The translations under genes and the position numbers were made by a program. The notes beneath the pieces were generated by a model. The model did not search any database. It was not told the origin of the DNA and saw nothing but the letters and a program-made list of their open reading frames with translations. Positions 47,004 to 56,035 of a DNA stretch of 64,000 nt are shown here, one piece after another (within the stretch, counting starts at the first letter, position 1; every line of letters begins with the position of its first letter). The stretch comes from Planctomycetota bacterium (lineage in GTDB: Bacteria > Planctomycetota > UBA1135 > UBA2386), in NCBI GenBank assembly GCA_965223545.1, contig OZ245006.1:1824001-1888000 (forward strand), read 5' to 3'.

Positions 47004-48338
47004 GTGAAGCAAGCGGACAACCACGTCGTGGTGAAGTACTTCGACCTGATCGACGAGTTCATCAAGATCCGCAGCTGCTCGGAAGACGTGCTCAGTGAGC
47101 TGGCCCGCTCGCCGGTGCACAACAAGGCCAGCTACCGCCGCCGTATTGTCGAGGTCTGCGTCCCGGACTTCGAGACGGAAATCCTCCACGCGCTGGAGAA
47201 GCTCGACGAGGAGTACGACGCCGAGATCGTCGAGGAGCTGCTCTACCAGATCTGCATCGACGTCAACCCGGCCCTGGAGATCCACCAGGTCAACCTACCG
47301 ACCAATCCGGATAGCGAGGCCGGGGACGTCCTGCCACGGGAAGGCCAGCGCGACCGGCAGCAGCTGTTTCGCAAGGTGATGGGTCTGGAGCGGACGCTGC
47401 GCGGACAGATCGTCGGCCAGGACGAGGCGATCTCGACCTTCGTGCGCGCGATCAAGAAGGCGGCGGTCGGCCTCAAGCCACCGACGACTCCAGTGGGCAC
47501 GTTCTTCTTGGTCGGGCGCACCGGCACCGGCAAGACCGAGCTCGCCAAGGCAATCGCGCGCACGCTCTACGACGATCCGGGCCGGATGGTGCGCATCGAC
47601 TGCTCGGAGTACGCCCTGCCGCACGAGTACGCCAAGCTGATCGGTTCGCCGCCGGGCTACATCGGTCACAGCGAGGGCGGCTTCCTCACCGAGGCAGTGC
47701 GCAAGAAGAAGAACTGCGTCGTGTTGTTCGACGAGATCGAGAAGGCGCACCCCAAGGTGCACAATCTGCTGCTGCAGCTGCTCGACGAGGGCATCCTCAC
47801 CGACAGCAAAGGGCAAGTGGTGTCCTTCGCCAAGACGTTGGTCATCCTGACCAGCAACCTGGGCATCGAGAAGATCGACGCGATCCGCTCGCGAATGGGC
47901 TTCCGCCGCCCGGAAGACGCCGGCCTCGCCGGCACCGACCTGAAGACCGCGACCCTGGAAGCCTTCAAGGAGGCCTTCCGCCCCGAGTTCGTCAACCGCA
48001 TCGACGAGCTCGTCGTGTTCAACCCGCTCGATCTCAAGGTGTGCGCGCGCATCGCCCAACGCATGCTGCGCGACGTCGCCGAGCTGCTGTCGCGGCACGG
48101 CATCAAAGTCGACTTCTCCCCCGGCGTGCGTCACGCGTTGTCGCGCGAGGGTTTCTCGGAGGAGTACGGCGCGCGCGAGCTGCGGCGGCTGGTCAAGCGG
48201 CGCATCGAAGACCCACTGACCGAGTTGATCCTGTCGGACTCGCTGGGCGTGGGTGCCCGGCTGTCGGTGCGCATCAAGAGCGGCACGCCGCAGATCGCCG
48301 TGGTCGAGAACGGCCGCCCGGCGATGCAGTCGGTCTAA
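47004..48338 (+). CDS. Single-AAA+ ClpA/ClpC D2-type ATPase with unrecognised N-terminal domain
   Basis: GQDEAI, GRTGTGKT, LIGSPPGYIG, LFDEIEKAH, LTSNLG..MGF, FRPEFVNRID, YGARELRR; only about 120 aa precede the AAA module. Confidence 0.88.
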   Translation: MKQADNHVVVKYFDLIDEFIKIRSCSEDVLSELARSPVHNKASYRRRIVEVCVPDFETEILHALEKLDEEYDAEIVEELLYQICIDVNPALEIHQVNLPTNPDSEAGDVLPREGQRDRQQLFRKVMGLERTLRGQIVGQDEAISTFVRAIKKAAVGLKPPTTPVGTFFLVGRTGTGKTELAKAIARTLYDDPGRMVRIDCSEYALPHEYAKLIGSPPGYIGHSEGGFLTEAVRKKKNCVVLFDEIEKAHPKVHNLLLQLLDEGILTDSKGQVVSFAKTLVILTSNLGIEKIDAIRSRMGFRRPEDAGLAGTDLKTATLEAFKEAFRPEFVNRIDELVVFNPLDLKVCARIAQRMLRDVAELLSRHGIKVDFSPGVRHALSREGFSEEYGARELRRLVKRRIEDPLTELILSDSLGVGARLSVRIKSGTPQIAVVENGRPAMQSV

Positions 48339-48429
48339 ACAGCGATCGCAACGCGGAGTCGGGCACCTCGCCCGAATGCGGTGGCGCCCACCTATCGCGC
48401 GCGCAGGCCGGCGGTAGGCTGTAGCGGCG

Positions 48430-48978
48430 ATGAACCTCGCCGTCCTCGTCTCCGGCGCCGCGGCCGCCGCGGTGGCTGCGCTGTGCCTGGCACCGCAGCA
48501 GGACCCCGTCACGCCGACCTCATCCGACCCTGCCGTCGGCACACCGCGCGTCGCGACGATCACCGCGAACCCCGGTGGCGGTCAAACCGACGCCGCCCCC
48601 CGCCTACCACCGGAGCTGCACCTCCCGCTGCCGCCGCATGCACGCATCGCGCTGCGCCTGCCGCGAGGGTTGCGTTCCGGCCTGCGCTGTCCGGACGGCA
48701 GCTTTTTGCCCCTGCTCAACGGAGTGCCGCACGCCAGCCCGATCCATCGGTCGCCGCACGACGGCCCGCTGCCGCCAGTCGTGGCCAGGCGGACCGACGC
48801 CGATGGCGATGACTGGTACGAGCACGCGGACGGCTCGCTGACCACGACGCGCTGGGTCGACGTCGAAGTCGGCGGCGTGGTGCGCCCAGACGTCGTCACC
48901 AGCCACCACGCGCCGGTTGACGCGCACGCGCGACCGCTGCCCTCCTCCAAAATCCCGGCGCCGACCACCCAACGATGA
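48430..48978 (+). CDS. Hypothetical exported Pro-rich protein
   Basis: Hydrophobic N-terminus; ATGA overlap with the next gene. Confidence 0.55.
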   Translation: MNLAVLVSGAAAAAVAALCLAPQQDPVTPTSSDPAVGTPRVATITANPGGGQTDAAPRLPPELHLPLPPHARIALRLPRGLRSGLRCPDGSFLPLLNGVPHASPIHRSPHDGPLPPVVARRTDADGDDWYEHADGSLTTTRWVDVEVGGVVRPDVVTSHHAPVDAHARPLPSSKIPAPTTQR

Positions 48979-50156
48979 TCCACACCCGACCGGTCATGGC
49001 CGCCCTGCTGCTCGCGGGCACCGTCTTCGCTCAGTCGACCTACGACGAGGTCGTGCGCAGCAACGAACCCTGGGTGGTCTTCGCCTCCGCCACCAGCACC
49101 GCCACCGGGCTTCCCTACAACTACGACGCGGTCAACCCTCCGGAGTACTCGGCCGGGACGCTGGGCAGTCCGGTCGGTGTACCGGCGAACACCTGGAGCT
49201 GGCGGATCATCCCGGGCTCTGCGAACTTCCGCGCCGGCGTCCGGCGCGTCGCTGGCTTCCGCCACTCACAGGTCATGTCGGGCGAGACCCAGCCGGCCAA
49301 CTACGGCGGCGCTTACGAAGCCGAGACGGTTCTGGCCGGCGTCGTCGCCCGACCGTCGGCGCCCGCCGGGGCCCGCAACCCGGACTGGAGCAAAGTGCTG
49401 GTGCGGATCCCCGCGCTGGCCGCGGCGGGAGCCCCCTCGCAGCTGTACCGCGTGACCCGCACGCTGGCGTCGCCGATCGCGGTGTCCAGCAGCCCGGGGG
49501 CGAGCGGCACCATCGACCTGGCGCTCGCCGTCAAGTTCAACGGGGGCGAGAGCAAGTGGATCGACGGAGCGCAGGGATTCGCCGCCACTTGGTGGGACGG
49601 CCCGACGCCATGGAACACGAGCGGCTTCTACTACCCGGGTACGAACACCACGACGTTCAACACGGACCCGCGCTTCGTGCTCTACCTGAACTACCTCGAG
49701 GCGGAGCCGGCGATCGCCCTGCACTCGGACTGGGGTCACTGGCAGAGCACCGGCGCGGGGGGCTTGCCCGGGCCGATCCTCGGCCACTCGATCGGCACCT
49801 ACTTCGGCAATCTGGCGAGCACCGCCGGCAACCTCGGCGTCAGCGTGCGCGCCGGCAACTACCCCAACGGCATCGCGCTGGTGCTGCTCAACTTCGGCCC
49901 CTACTTCGCCGGCTCGTTCCAGTTCTTCGGTCAAACCCTCGAGCTCAACCCCACCGATCCGGTGCTGACGCTGTTGTTGGGTCTACCGGGCATCGGCCTG
50001 CTGCCACTCGACGGCGCCGGCAACACCGACGGTGCCAAGATCCCGATTCCGCAGAACGCCGCCTGGCTCGGCACGACGCTGGGCTTCGAGGCCTTCATCG
50101 CCGACCGGACCGGCCAGGTGCGGGCCAGCACGGGCTCGGCTTTCGTTCGCAACTGA
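48975..50156 (+). CDS. Secreted hypothetical protein with conserved C-terminal domain
   Basis: Signal peptide ending TVFAQ; strong codon bias; C-terminus IPIPQNAAWLGTTLGFEAFIAD...ASTG. Confidence 0.7.
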   Translation: MIHTRPVMAALLLAGTVFAQSTYDEVVRSNEPWVVFASATSTATGLPYNYDAVNPPEYSAGTLGSPVGVPANTWSWRIIPGSANFRAGVRRVAGFRHSQVMSGETQPANYGGAYEAETVLAGVVARPSAPAGARNPDWSKVLVRIPALAAAGAPSQLYRVTRTLASPIAVSSSPGASGTIDLALAVKFNGGESKWIDGAQGFAATWWDGPTPWNTSGFYYPGTNTTTFNTDPRFVLYLNYLEAEPAIALHSDWGHWQSTGAGGLPGPILGHSIGTYFGNLASTAGNLGVSVRAGNYPNGIALVLLNFGPYFAGSFQFFGQTLELNPTDPVLTLLLGLPGIGLLPLDGAGNTDGAKIPIPQNAAWLGTTLGFEAFIADRTGQVRASTGSAFVRN

Positions 50157-50166
50157 TGGTGTCACG

Positions 50167-51288
50167 ATGCTGATGCGCACAACGCTCACGGCGACCGCCC
50201 TGGCCGCGACCATGGTCGCGCAAGGGCCGGCGTTCCAATGCAGCTCCAGGGTGCACTACTCCGCACTTTGGCAGCACCTCCACGCGCGCTACGACGCCGA
50301 CGGCGATGGCCGCATCAGCCGCGACGAGTACCCGCGCGGCGATGTGCGGTTCGCCAACTTCGACCGCAACGGGGACGGCGTGCTGAACGTCACCGACTTC
50401 CCGGCCGACCGGCAGTTCAACGCGTTCAGCCCATCGCTGGCGCGCATGGCGGACGCCGACGGGGACAATGCGGTCTCGCGGGGCGAGTGGTCGACGTTCT
50501 GCGACGCGATCGACGGCGACAGCGACGGCGAACCCGACCGGACCGGCCTGGCGGCGACGCTGCGCGGTTGGCCGCTGGACAGCGACAAGGACTGGAACCT
50601 CTTCCTGCTGGCGTTCGACCAGGACGAGAATGGCCGCTTCACCGCAGAGGATCTCGGCCACCTCTTCCACGACCTGGACGCCGACGGCGACGGCACCGTG
50701 GCCGAGGCCGAGATGCAACGGCACCGGCGGACGATGCAGCGGCCCGATGCACCGCTGCCGGCGGTTGGTGAGCCGGCGCCCGACTTCGAGCTGCCGATCG
50801 CCGGCGATCCGGCAAACACGGTCTCCCTGTCGAGCTTCGAGGGCGACCGCCCGGTCGCCTTGCTCTTCGGCTCCTACACTTGACCCCCGTTCCGCGAGTC
50901 AGCCGGTCGGCTGGCGCAGCTGCACGAGACCTACGGCGATCGCGTCGCGTTCTTGCTGGTCTACATTCGCGAAGCGCATGCCATCGACAGCGAGCTGCCG
51001 ATGGAGTTCGGCATGATCGAGGACCCGGTGACCGACCGCGGGCGGCACGCGCTGGCCGAACGCTGCACGACCGAACTCGGTCTGACCATGCCAGCGCTGG
51101 TCGACGGCATCGACGACGCGGTCAACCGCCGCTGGCACGCCTGGCCCGAGCGGCTCTACCTGATCAACGCAGACGGAACGGTCGCCTACGCCGGCGGGCC
51201 GGGTCCGTTCGAGTTCCACCCCGACGAGCTGGAGACCGCGATCCGCGCCGTGTTGGACCCGGAAGGCGCACCGAGCACCGGCGGCTGA
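50167..51288 (+). CDS. Secreted EF-hand / iodothyronine-deiodinase-like selenoprotein (Sec at TGA 50881-50883)
   Basis: ORFs 50032-50883 and 50953-51288 share one frame; readthrough gives VALLFGSYT-U-PPFR...VYIREAH...AWPERLYLI...GGPGP. Six EF-hand-like loops and a signal peptide precede it; SECIS-like hairpin downstream. Confidence 0.88.
50898..50915 (+). promoter_or_regulatory. Bacterial SECIS-like hairpin
   Basis: Stem GUCAGCC/GGCUGGC (7 bp including one U-G pair) with apical loop GGUC starting 22 nt after the UGA. Confidence 0.7.
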
Positions 51289-51296
51289 TCCCGGCC

Positions 51297-53513
51297 CTAC
51301 CAGCCGAGATCGAGCCGCAGGGCGTGGCTGAGATCCCAGCGCGCCGCGGCGCCCGGGTCTTGGATCGCGGCCTGCGCGAAGACCGAAACCCCGGCCAACG
51401 CCGGCAGACTCGGCAACGGCAACGGAAACGAAGCCCCGCCCCCGGTTCCGGTCCCCGACAGAAAGCTCGCCGCCAGAGGCAGAACCGCGAGCTGGCCGCA
51501 CGCGAAGGTGGCCCGATTGCCGACCGCGCTGAGCAACAGCACCGCCGGTTGCCGGATCAGGCCGCTGCGCACCTCGAGCTCGTAGCTGCGACTCCCCAAC
51601 ACGGGCTCGCCGAAGCTGAGCAGAGCGGCGCTGCAACCGGCGGGCACGTAGCTCGCCGCGGCTGGCCGGTCCAGGAGCGAGAACAGGTCGGCCGTCGGCC
51701 GCGCCGCGTCGGGGCCGCCGCCGTAGACCAGGACTTGGCCGCGCCGAGCGTCGTGCACCATGGCGTGTCCCCCGCGCGGCGTCGCCAGCGGCGCCGCCCG
51801 CGTCCACGAAGCGCCGCCGAACTCCCAGGCGTCGGCGAGAGCGACGCCACCCGCGCGCCCTCCGACCAGCAGAACACGCCCGGTGCCGGGGTCGAACGCC
51901 ATCGCGTGGCCACTGCGCGCGGGCGGACTGCCGGCGACCGCGATTCCCCGCCACGCGACTCCATCCCACTCGAGAGTATCCGCGCGTTCGAACCCGGCGG
52001 CATCGATGCCACCGAACAGAACAACCCGCGCGCGGGACGGATCATACGCGACCGCATGTCCCCGGCGCGCTGGCATGCTCGCCGGCGCGACGGACCAAGC
52101 CGTGCCGTCGTACGACCAGGTGTCGCCCAACACCCCGCCCGAGCTCTCGCCTCCGGCCAGCAAGACACGGCCGCGGGCGGCGTCGTAGACCATCGCCGCG
52201 CCATGCCGCGCGGCGGGCGCGGACGCGGCACTCTGCTGCCACGCCACTCCGTCCCACTCCCAGGTGTCGGCCAGCGCCGCCCCGCTGGGGAGCCGACCGC
52301 CGAAGAGCACGGCGCGACCGCGCCGTGCGTCGAATGCCAGCGCACTGCCCCGTCGCGCCGACGGGCCGGACGGTGTCGCACGCCACGCGGCACCGTTCCA
52401 CAGCCATGCGACCGCCTGCTCGGGCCGCCCGTTGCCGCCGCCCACCAGCAGGGTCTCACCGCGCTTGGCATCGAAAAGCATGGCGTGCCCGTCGCGAACG
52501 TTGGGCGTGAAATCGCGTGGCGCGAAGCCGCTGCCGTCGCCCACCCAAGTGTGCGCGGCATGCACCGGCTGCACCTTGTGCACCGTGCTCGTGCCGCCAT
52601 GTATCACGACGCGCCGCAGATCGGCGTCGTAGAAGCCAACGTGGTCGACCAACGCGAAGCCCGTGCCGATTGCCGGTTGCCAAGTGGCGCCGTCCCATTC
52701 CCAAGCATCGGCGAGACCCGTCGAGCCCGCGCGGCCGCCGACCATCAGCGTGCGCCCCCGACCCGGGTCATGGACCAGAACGTGGCCACAGCGGCCGGCC
52801 GGCGCCCCCTGCCCCATCGCCTGCCACTGCTGCCCATCGAACTCCCACGTGTCCGCGAAGAACGAGGTGCTCTGACCGGTCGCGCAACCGCCGAACAGTA
52901 CGAGTCGCCCGCGGGCTCGATCGAGCACCATCGCTGCATCGGTCCTCGGCGGCGGAGCAACGGGCGTCGTCAATCGGGCCCACTGCGCACCGTCCCACAA
53001 CCACGTGTCCCCGAGCTCTCCCAGCCAACCGCGACCGCCGAACAGCAACACGCCCCTGCCGAGCGGATCGGCGGCCATCGCATGCCCCGCGCGCGACGGC
53101 GGCCGCACGCCCGGACCGTGGACGCGCCACGCGCCATCGGTGCATTCCCACGTATCGTCGAGCAAGAGCTGTCCGTCACTGCCGCCGAACACGACAACAC
53201 TCCTGCGGGCCGCGTCCCAGGCCGCGCCCGCACCAACGCGCGGCGGCGGTTCCACGAACGCGCCCGGCCCCGAGGCACGCCATGCGTCGCCGTTCCACTC
53301 CACGGCTCCGGCGACGGCGGAAGCAAAGCCGGGCGCCGCCCCACCGACCATGACACCTCGGCCTCTCGCGACGTCGAACGCCGCACACGCTCCGGCGCGC
53401 AGCACTGGCTGTTGCAGGGCCTTCCACCGCGCCGACTGACCGGCGGCAAGACCGGCGAGGACGCACACACCGACCGCGACCAACACGCTCTGCTCTCGCT
53501 TCGGTTCACTCAT
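51297..53513 (-). CDS. Secreted Kelch-repeat beta-propeller protein with conserved C-terminal domain
   Basis: About 12 repeats of P.R.GHAM.FD..RGRV.LFGG....DTWEWDG..W; signal peptide ending LAAGQ. Confidence 0.88.
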   Translation of the reverse strand: MSEPKREQSVLVAVGVCVLAGLAAGQSARWKALQQPVLRAGACAAFDVARGRGVMVGGAAPGFASAVAGAVEWNGDAWRASGPGAFVEPPPRVGAGAAWDAARRSVVVFGGSDGQLLLDDTWECTDGAWRVHGPGVRPPSRAGHAMAADPLGRGVLLFGGRGWLGELGDTWLWDGAQWARLTTPVAPPPRTDAAMVLDRARGRLVLFGGCATGQSTSFFADTWEFDGQQWQAMGQGAPAGRCGHVLVHDPGRGRTLMVGGRAGSTGLADAWEWDGATWQPAIGTGFALVDHVGFYDADLRRVVIHGGTSTVHKVQPVHAAHTWVGDGSGFAPRDFTPNVRDGHAMLFDAKRGETLLVGGGNGRPEQAVAWLWNGAAWRATPSGPSARRGSALAFDARRGRAVLFGGRLPSGAALADTWEWDGVAWQQSAASAPAARHGAAMVYDAARGRVLLAGGESSGGVLGDTWSYDGTAWSVAPASMPARRGHAVAYDPSRARVVLFGGIDAAGFERADTLEWDGVAWRGIAVAGSPPARSGHAMAFDPGTGRVLLVGGRAGGVALADAWEFGGASWTRAAPLATPRGGHAMVHDARRGQVLVYGGGPDAARPTADLFSLLDRPAAASYVPAGCSAALLSFGEPVLGSRSYELEVRSGLIRQPAVLLLSAVGNRATFACGQLAVLPLAASFLSGTGTGGGASFPLPLPSLPALAGVSVFAQAAIQDPGAAARWDLSHALRLDLGW

Positions 53514-53605
53514 ATCGCTTCTCCAAGTTTCTCCCGCGGAGCGATGCGCCCATGGTATCCGATCACTGCCACCGCCGCTCACCCGACGCCGACGATGCGG
53601 TCCGA

Positions 53606-55024
53606 TCACGGCGAGGCGCCGATGACGATGCCGCGGAAGCTGCCGACTTCGAGCGGCGTCAGCGCGTAGCGGGCGGTCAGGTGCGCGTGCAGCGCCGGCG
53701 CGCGCGCGGCGACGCTGTCCATCGCGCGCCGCGTCATGATCACCGCGAAGCCGCGCCGGGTCAGCTCGCGATGCATCGCATCACAGGCCGACGGCAGCCC
53801 AGCGACCGATGTCACGCCACTGTACAGCTCCTCGACGCGCATCACCGGCGCACCGGCATCGGCGCGCAGGATCGGATCGATCTCCGCCCGACCGCTGCCC
53901 AGGAGAATGGCATTGTGCGCGGCGGTCGCCCGCAGCGCGTCGCCGGCGTCGATCGGATCGACGAGCCGGTCGTGCGCCGAGACCAGCAGCACCCCGATGC
54001 CGAGCCCGGCACACGCGGCTGCCGCGACCACCGGTGGCCGCCACCAACGCACGGCCAGCACGGCCCCCGGGAACACCACGGGCATCAGGTAGCCGCCGCG
54101 CTCGTCTTGCACGCCGCGCAGCAACACGTGCGACAGCACGAGGTAGCCCGCCATCAGCACGGCGTACGCCGCCCAGGGCCGCCGCGGCCCGCGCAACAGG
54201 CCGTACAGGCACAGCCCCGAGAGCGGTGCCAGCGGAACCAACCCCTCGTTCCACAGCGTTCGCGGCAGCGACGCAAACGAGCCCACGGTGACGGCGTAGG
54301 ACCACAGCGTGCCGGCACCGAGCGCGTCCGTCTCGGGCCAACCGAGACCGATCCGCACCAGGACCGCGGTGGCCCCATGCGCCAAGACCGTGACCGCGAC
54401 GTATCGCGCGACGCGCGCGGCGCGTTCGTCCCCGTTGCCGGCGGCGAGCACCGCGACCGGCACGATGATCGACAGCAAGTGCCCGCTGGCGTGCACCCCG
54501 GCACCGACCGCCGTCGCGACTCCCAGCGCGGCGGCGCGCGACGCGGATGGCCGCACCCGAAGTCGACAACCGAGCCACCACGCCACCGCGACGCAGCCGA
54601 CGAACACGCCGGGGATCTCGATGATCGTGGCGAAGAACACCACGCTCGGAGTCCAACCGCACAGCAATGCCGCAGCCGCTGCAGAACGCCGCTCCAACCC
54701 CAGGCAACCCGCCGCGCGGTGCGAGGCCGCCACCGACAGCGCCGCGCCCAGCGCACTCACCGCCTGCATCGACCGAAACGTCGACACGCCCAGCGGCTCC
54801 AGCCACCCAGCGACCACGCGATTGAGGGGGACGTAGAGCGCATGCGCGCCGCCCGGATCCGCGCCGGTGGCCACCGCCCGCAGGAACCGATACGCATCCG
54901 AGGTGAAGACCGAGCCGAAGAACACGTCTTGCGCGAGCGCCCAATAGCTGCCCAAAGCGATCGCGACCAAGACCGCGGTATCGCGAAGCGGCAAGCCACT
55001 CCGGTTCGCGTCGGCCGCGGTCAC
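53606..55024 (-). CDS. Polytopic membrane protein, possible GT-C glycosyltransferase (ArnT/DUF2723-like)
   Basis: GTGA overlap with the ECF sigma stop; about 10 TM helices; SDAYRF..HALYVPL loop, FFATIIE, ERGGYL. Confidence 0.55.
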   Translation of the reverse strand: MTAADANRSGLPLRDTAVLVAIALGSYWALAQDVFFGSVFTSDAYRFLRAVATGADPGGAHALYVPLNRVVAGWLEPLGVSTFRSMQAVSALGAALSVAASHRAAGCLGLERRSAAAAALLCGWTPSVVFFATIIEIPGVFVGCVAVAWWLGCRLRVRPSASRAAALGVATAVGAGVHASGHLLSIIVPVAVLAAGNGDERAARVARYVAVTVLAHGATAVLVRIGLGWPETDALGAGTLWSYAVTVGSFASLPRTLWNEGLVPLAPLSGLCLYGLLRGPRRPWAAYAVLMAGYLVLSHVLLRGVQDERGGYLMPVVFPGAVLAVRWWRPPVVAAAACAGLGIGVLLVSAHDRLVDPIDAGDALRATAAHNAILLGSGRAEIDPILRADAGAPVMRVEELYSGVTSVAGLPSACDAMHRELTRRGFAVIMTRRAMDSVAARAPALHAHLTARYALTPLEVGSFRGIVIGASP

Positions 55025-55626
55025 TGCGGTCGCCTGCGCACCCCTGCGTCCGGCTCGTCCGGCTCGCCTTGCTGCATGCGCCGGCGCAACCACGCGCGCG
55101 CCATGCGCAGCTCGCGCACGACGGTGTTGCGGTGCACGCCCAGTTGTTCGGCGATCTCTTGACCGGACATCCCGGCAAAGAAGCACATCTCGACGATCTC
55201 CGCCTGGCGGCGGTCGAGCTGTTCGAGCTCCTCCAACGCCTCGTGCAGATCGAGCACCTCGAGGTCCTCGGCATCACTGGAACTGACTCCGCCGAGGGTG
55301 ATCCTTTGCCACGCGCCGCCGCGCTTGTCGGTGCGGCGCCCGCGGGCGTGGTCCACCAGCATGTGCCGCATCGCCTTGGCCGCGACCGCCAGAAACTCGC
55401 GCCGGCCCCGCCCGAGGGCCGCTTCGCCCTGCGCCAAGCGGACGAACACCTCGTGCACCAAGGCGGTCGGCTGCAGGGTGTGATCGCCGCGTTCGACCCG
55501 CATCAGGTCGTCGGCGACGGCGCGCAGCTCGTCGTAGATCACCGGCATCAGCGCCGAAAAGGGCAGCCGGCCGGCCTCGATGCCGGCCAGCAGCTGGGTC
55601 GGGCAGTCACCGTGGTCGGAGGCCAT
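55021..55626 (-). CDS. ECF sigma factor, TIGR02999/STK-associated type
   Basis: IYDELRAVA..ERGDHTLQPTALVHEVFVRL..AAKAMRHMLVDHAR..KRGG..LHEALEELEQLD..ARAWL. Confidence 0.92.
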   Translation of the reverse strand: MASDHGDCPTQLLAGIEAGRLPFSALMPVIYDELRAVADDLMRVERGDHTLQPTALVHEVFVRLAQGEAALGRGRREFLAVAAKAMRHMLVDHARGRRTDKRGGAWQRITLGGVSSSDAEDLEVLDLHEALEELEQLDRRQAEIVEMCFFAGMSGQEIAEQLGVHRNTVVRELRMARAWLRRRMQQGEPDEPDAGVRRRPQ

Positions 55627-55698
55627 GGTCCGATTCTGCCAAAAAAGAGCCGACTTTCGTTGTGCAGAGACGGCGCCCCCACCGCTGCGGGGACAGCC

Positions 55699-55983
55699 AT
55701 GACCAACATCATCGCCCTGCCAGCCACCGTCACGGCGACCCCGCGAGTGCCGCGCGCATCGGTCTCGCACCGCGCCATCGCCGCCGTTTCGGTCCGCGCC
55801 GCACGGAGCTTCGCGCGGGTCGCGGAAGCGCTGTGTGTGCTCGCCATTGTGGCGCCGCTGGCGTGGTATGGCGGTCTCGGCCTCTGGCTCCTCGGCCAAG
55901 AGCTGGCCGATCTCCTGCAACTGCTCGTCGAGGCCCTCTGGACCAGCCTGACGTCGACGACTCGCTTCGCAGGACCGCAATAA
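55699..55983 (+). CDS. Small (94 aa) putative membrane protein
   Basis: ATG preceded by GGGGA; hydrophobic segment ALCVLAIVAPLAWYGGLGLWLL; fills the gap between sigma and kinase. Confidence 0.4.
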   Translation: MTNIIALPATVTATPRVPRASVSHRAIAAVSVRAARSFARVAEALCVLAIVAPLAWYGGLGLWLLGQELADLLQLLVEALWTSLTSTTRFAGPQ

Positions 55984-56035
55984 GGACGGCGGGGTGGCAG
56001 CCCCGGCCCGCACGGCGGCATGATCGCCCAGGCCC

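Noticed and set aside
50881..51288. Nonsense pseudogene, or separate 111-aa ORF at 50953
   Set aside because: The TGA sits at the catalytic Sec position with a SECIS-like hairpin and intact downstream motifs; readthrough is the better explanation.
51660..53400. Periodic DNA similarity suggesting a CRISPR or tandem repeat array
   Set aside because: Explained by degenerate Kelch protein repeats; no identical direct repeats with spacers and no cas genes.
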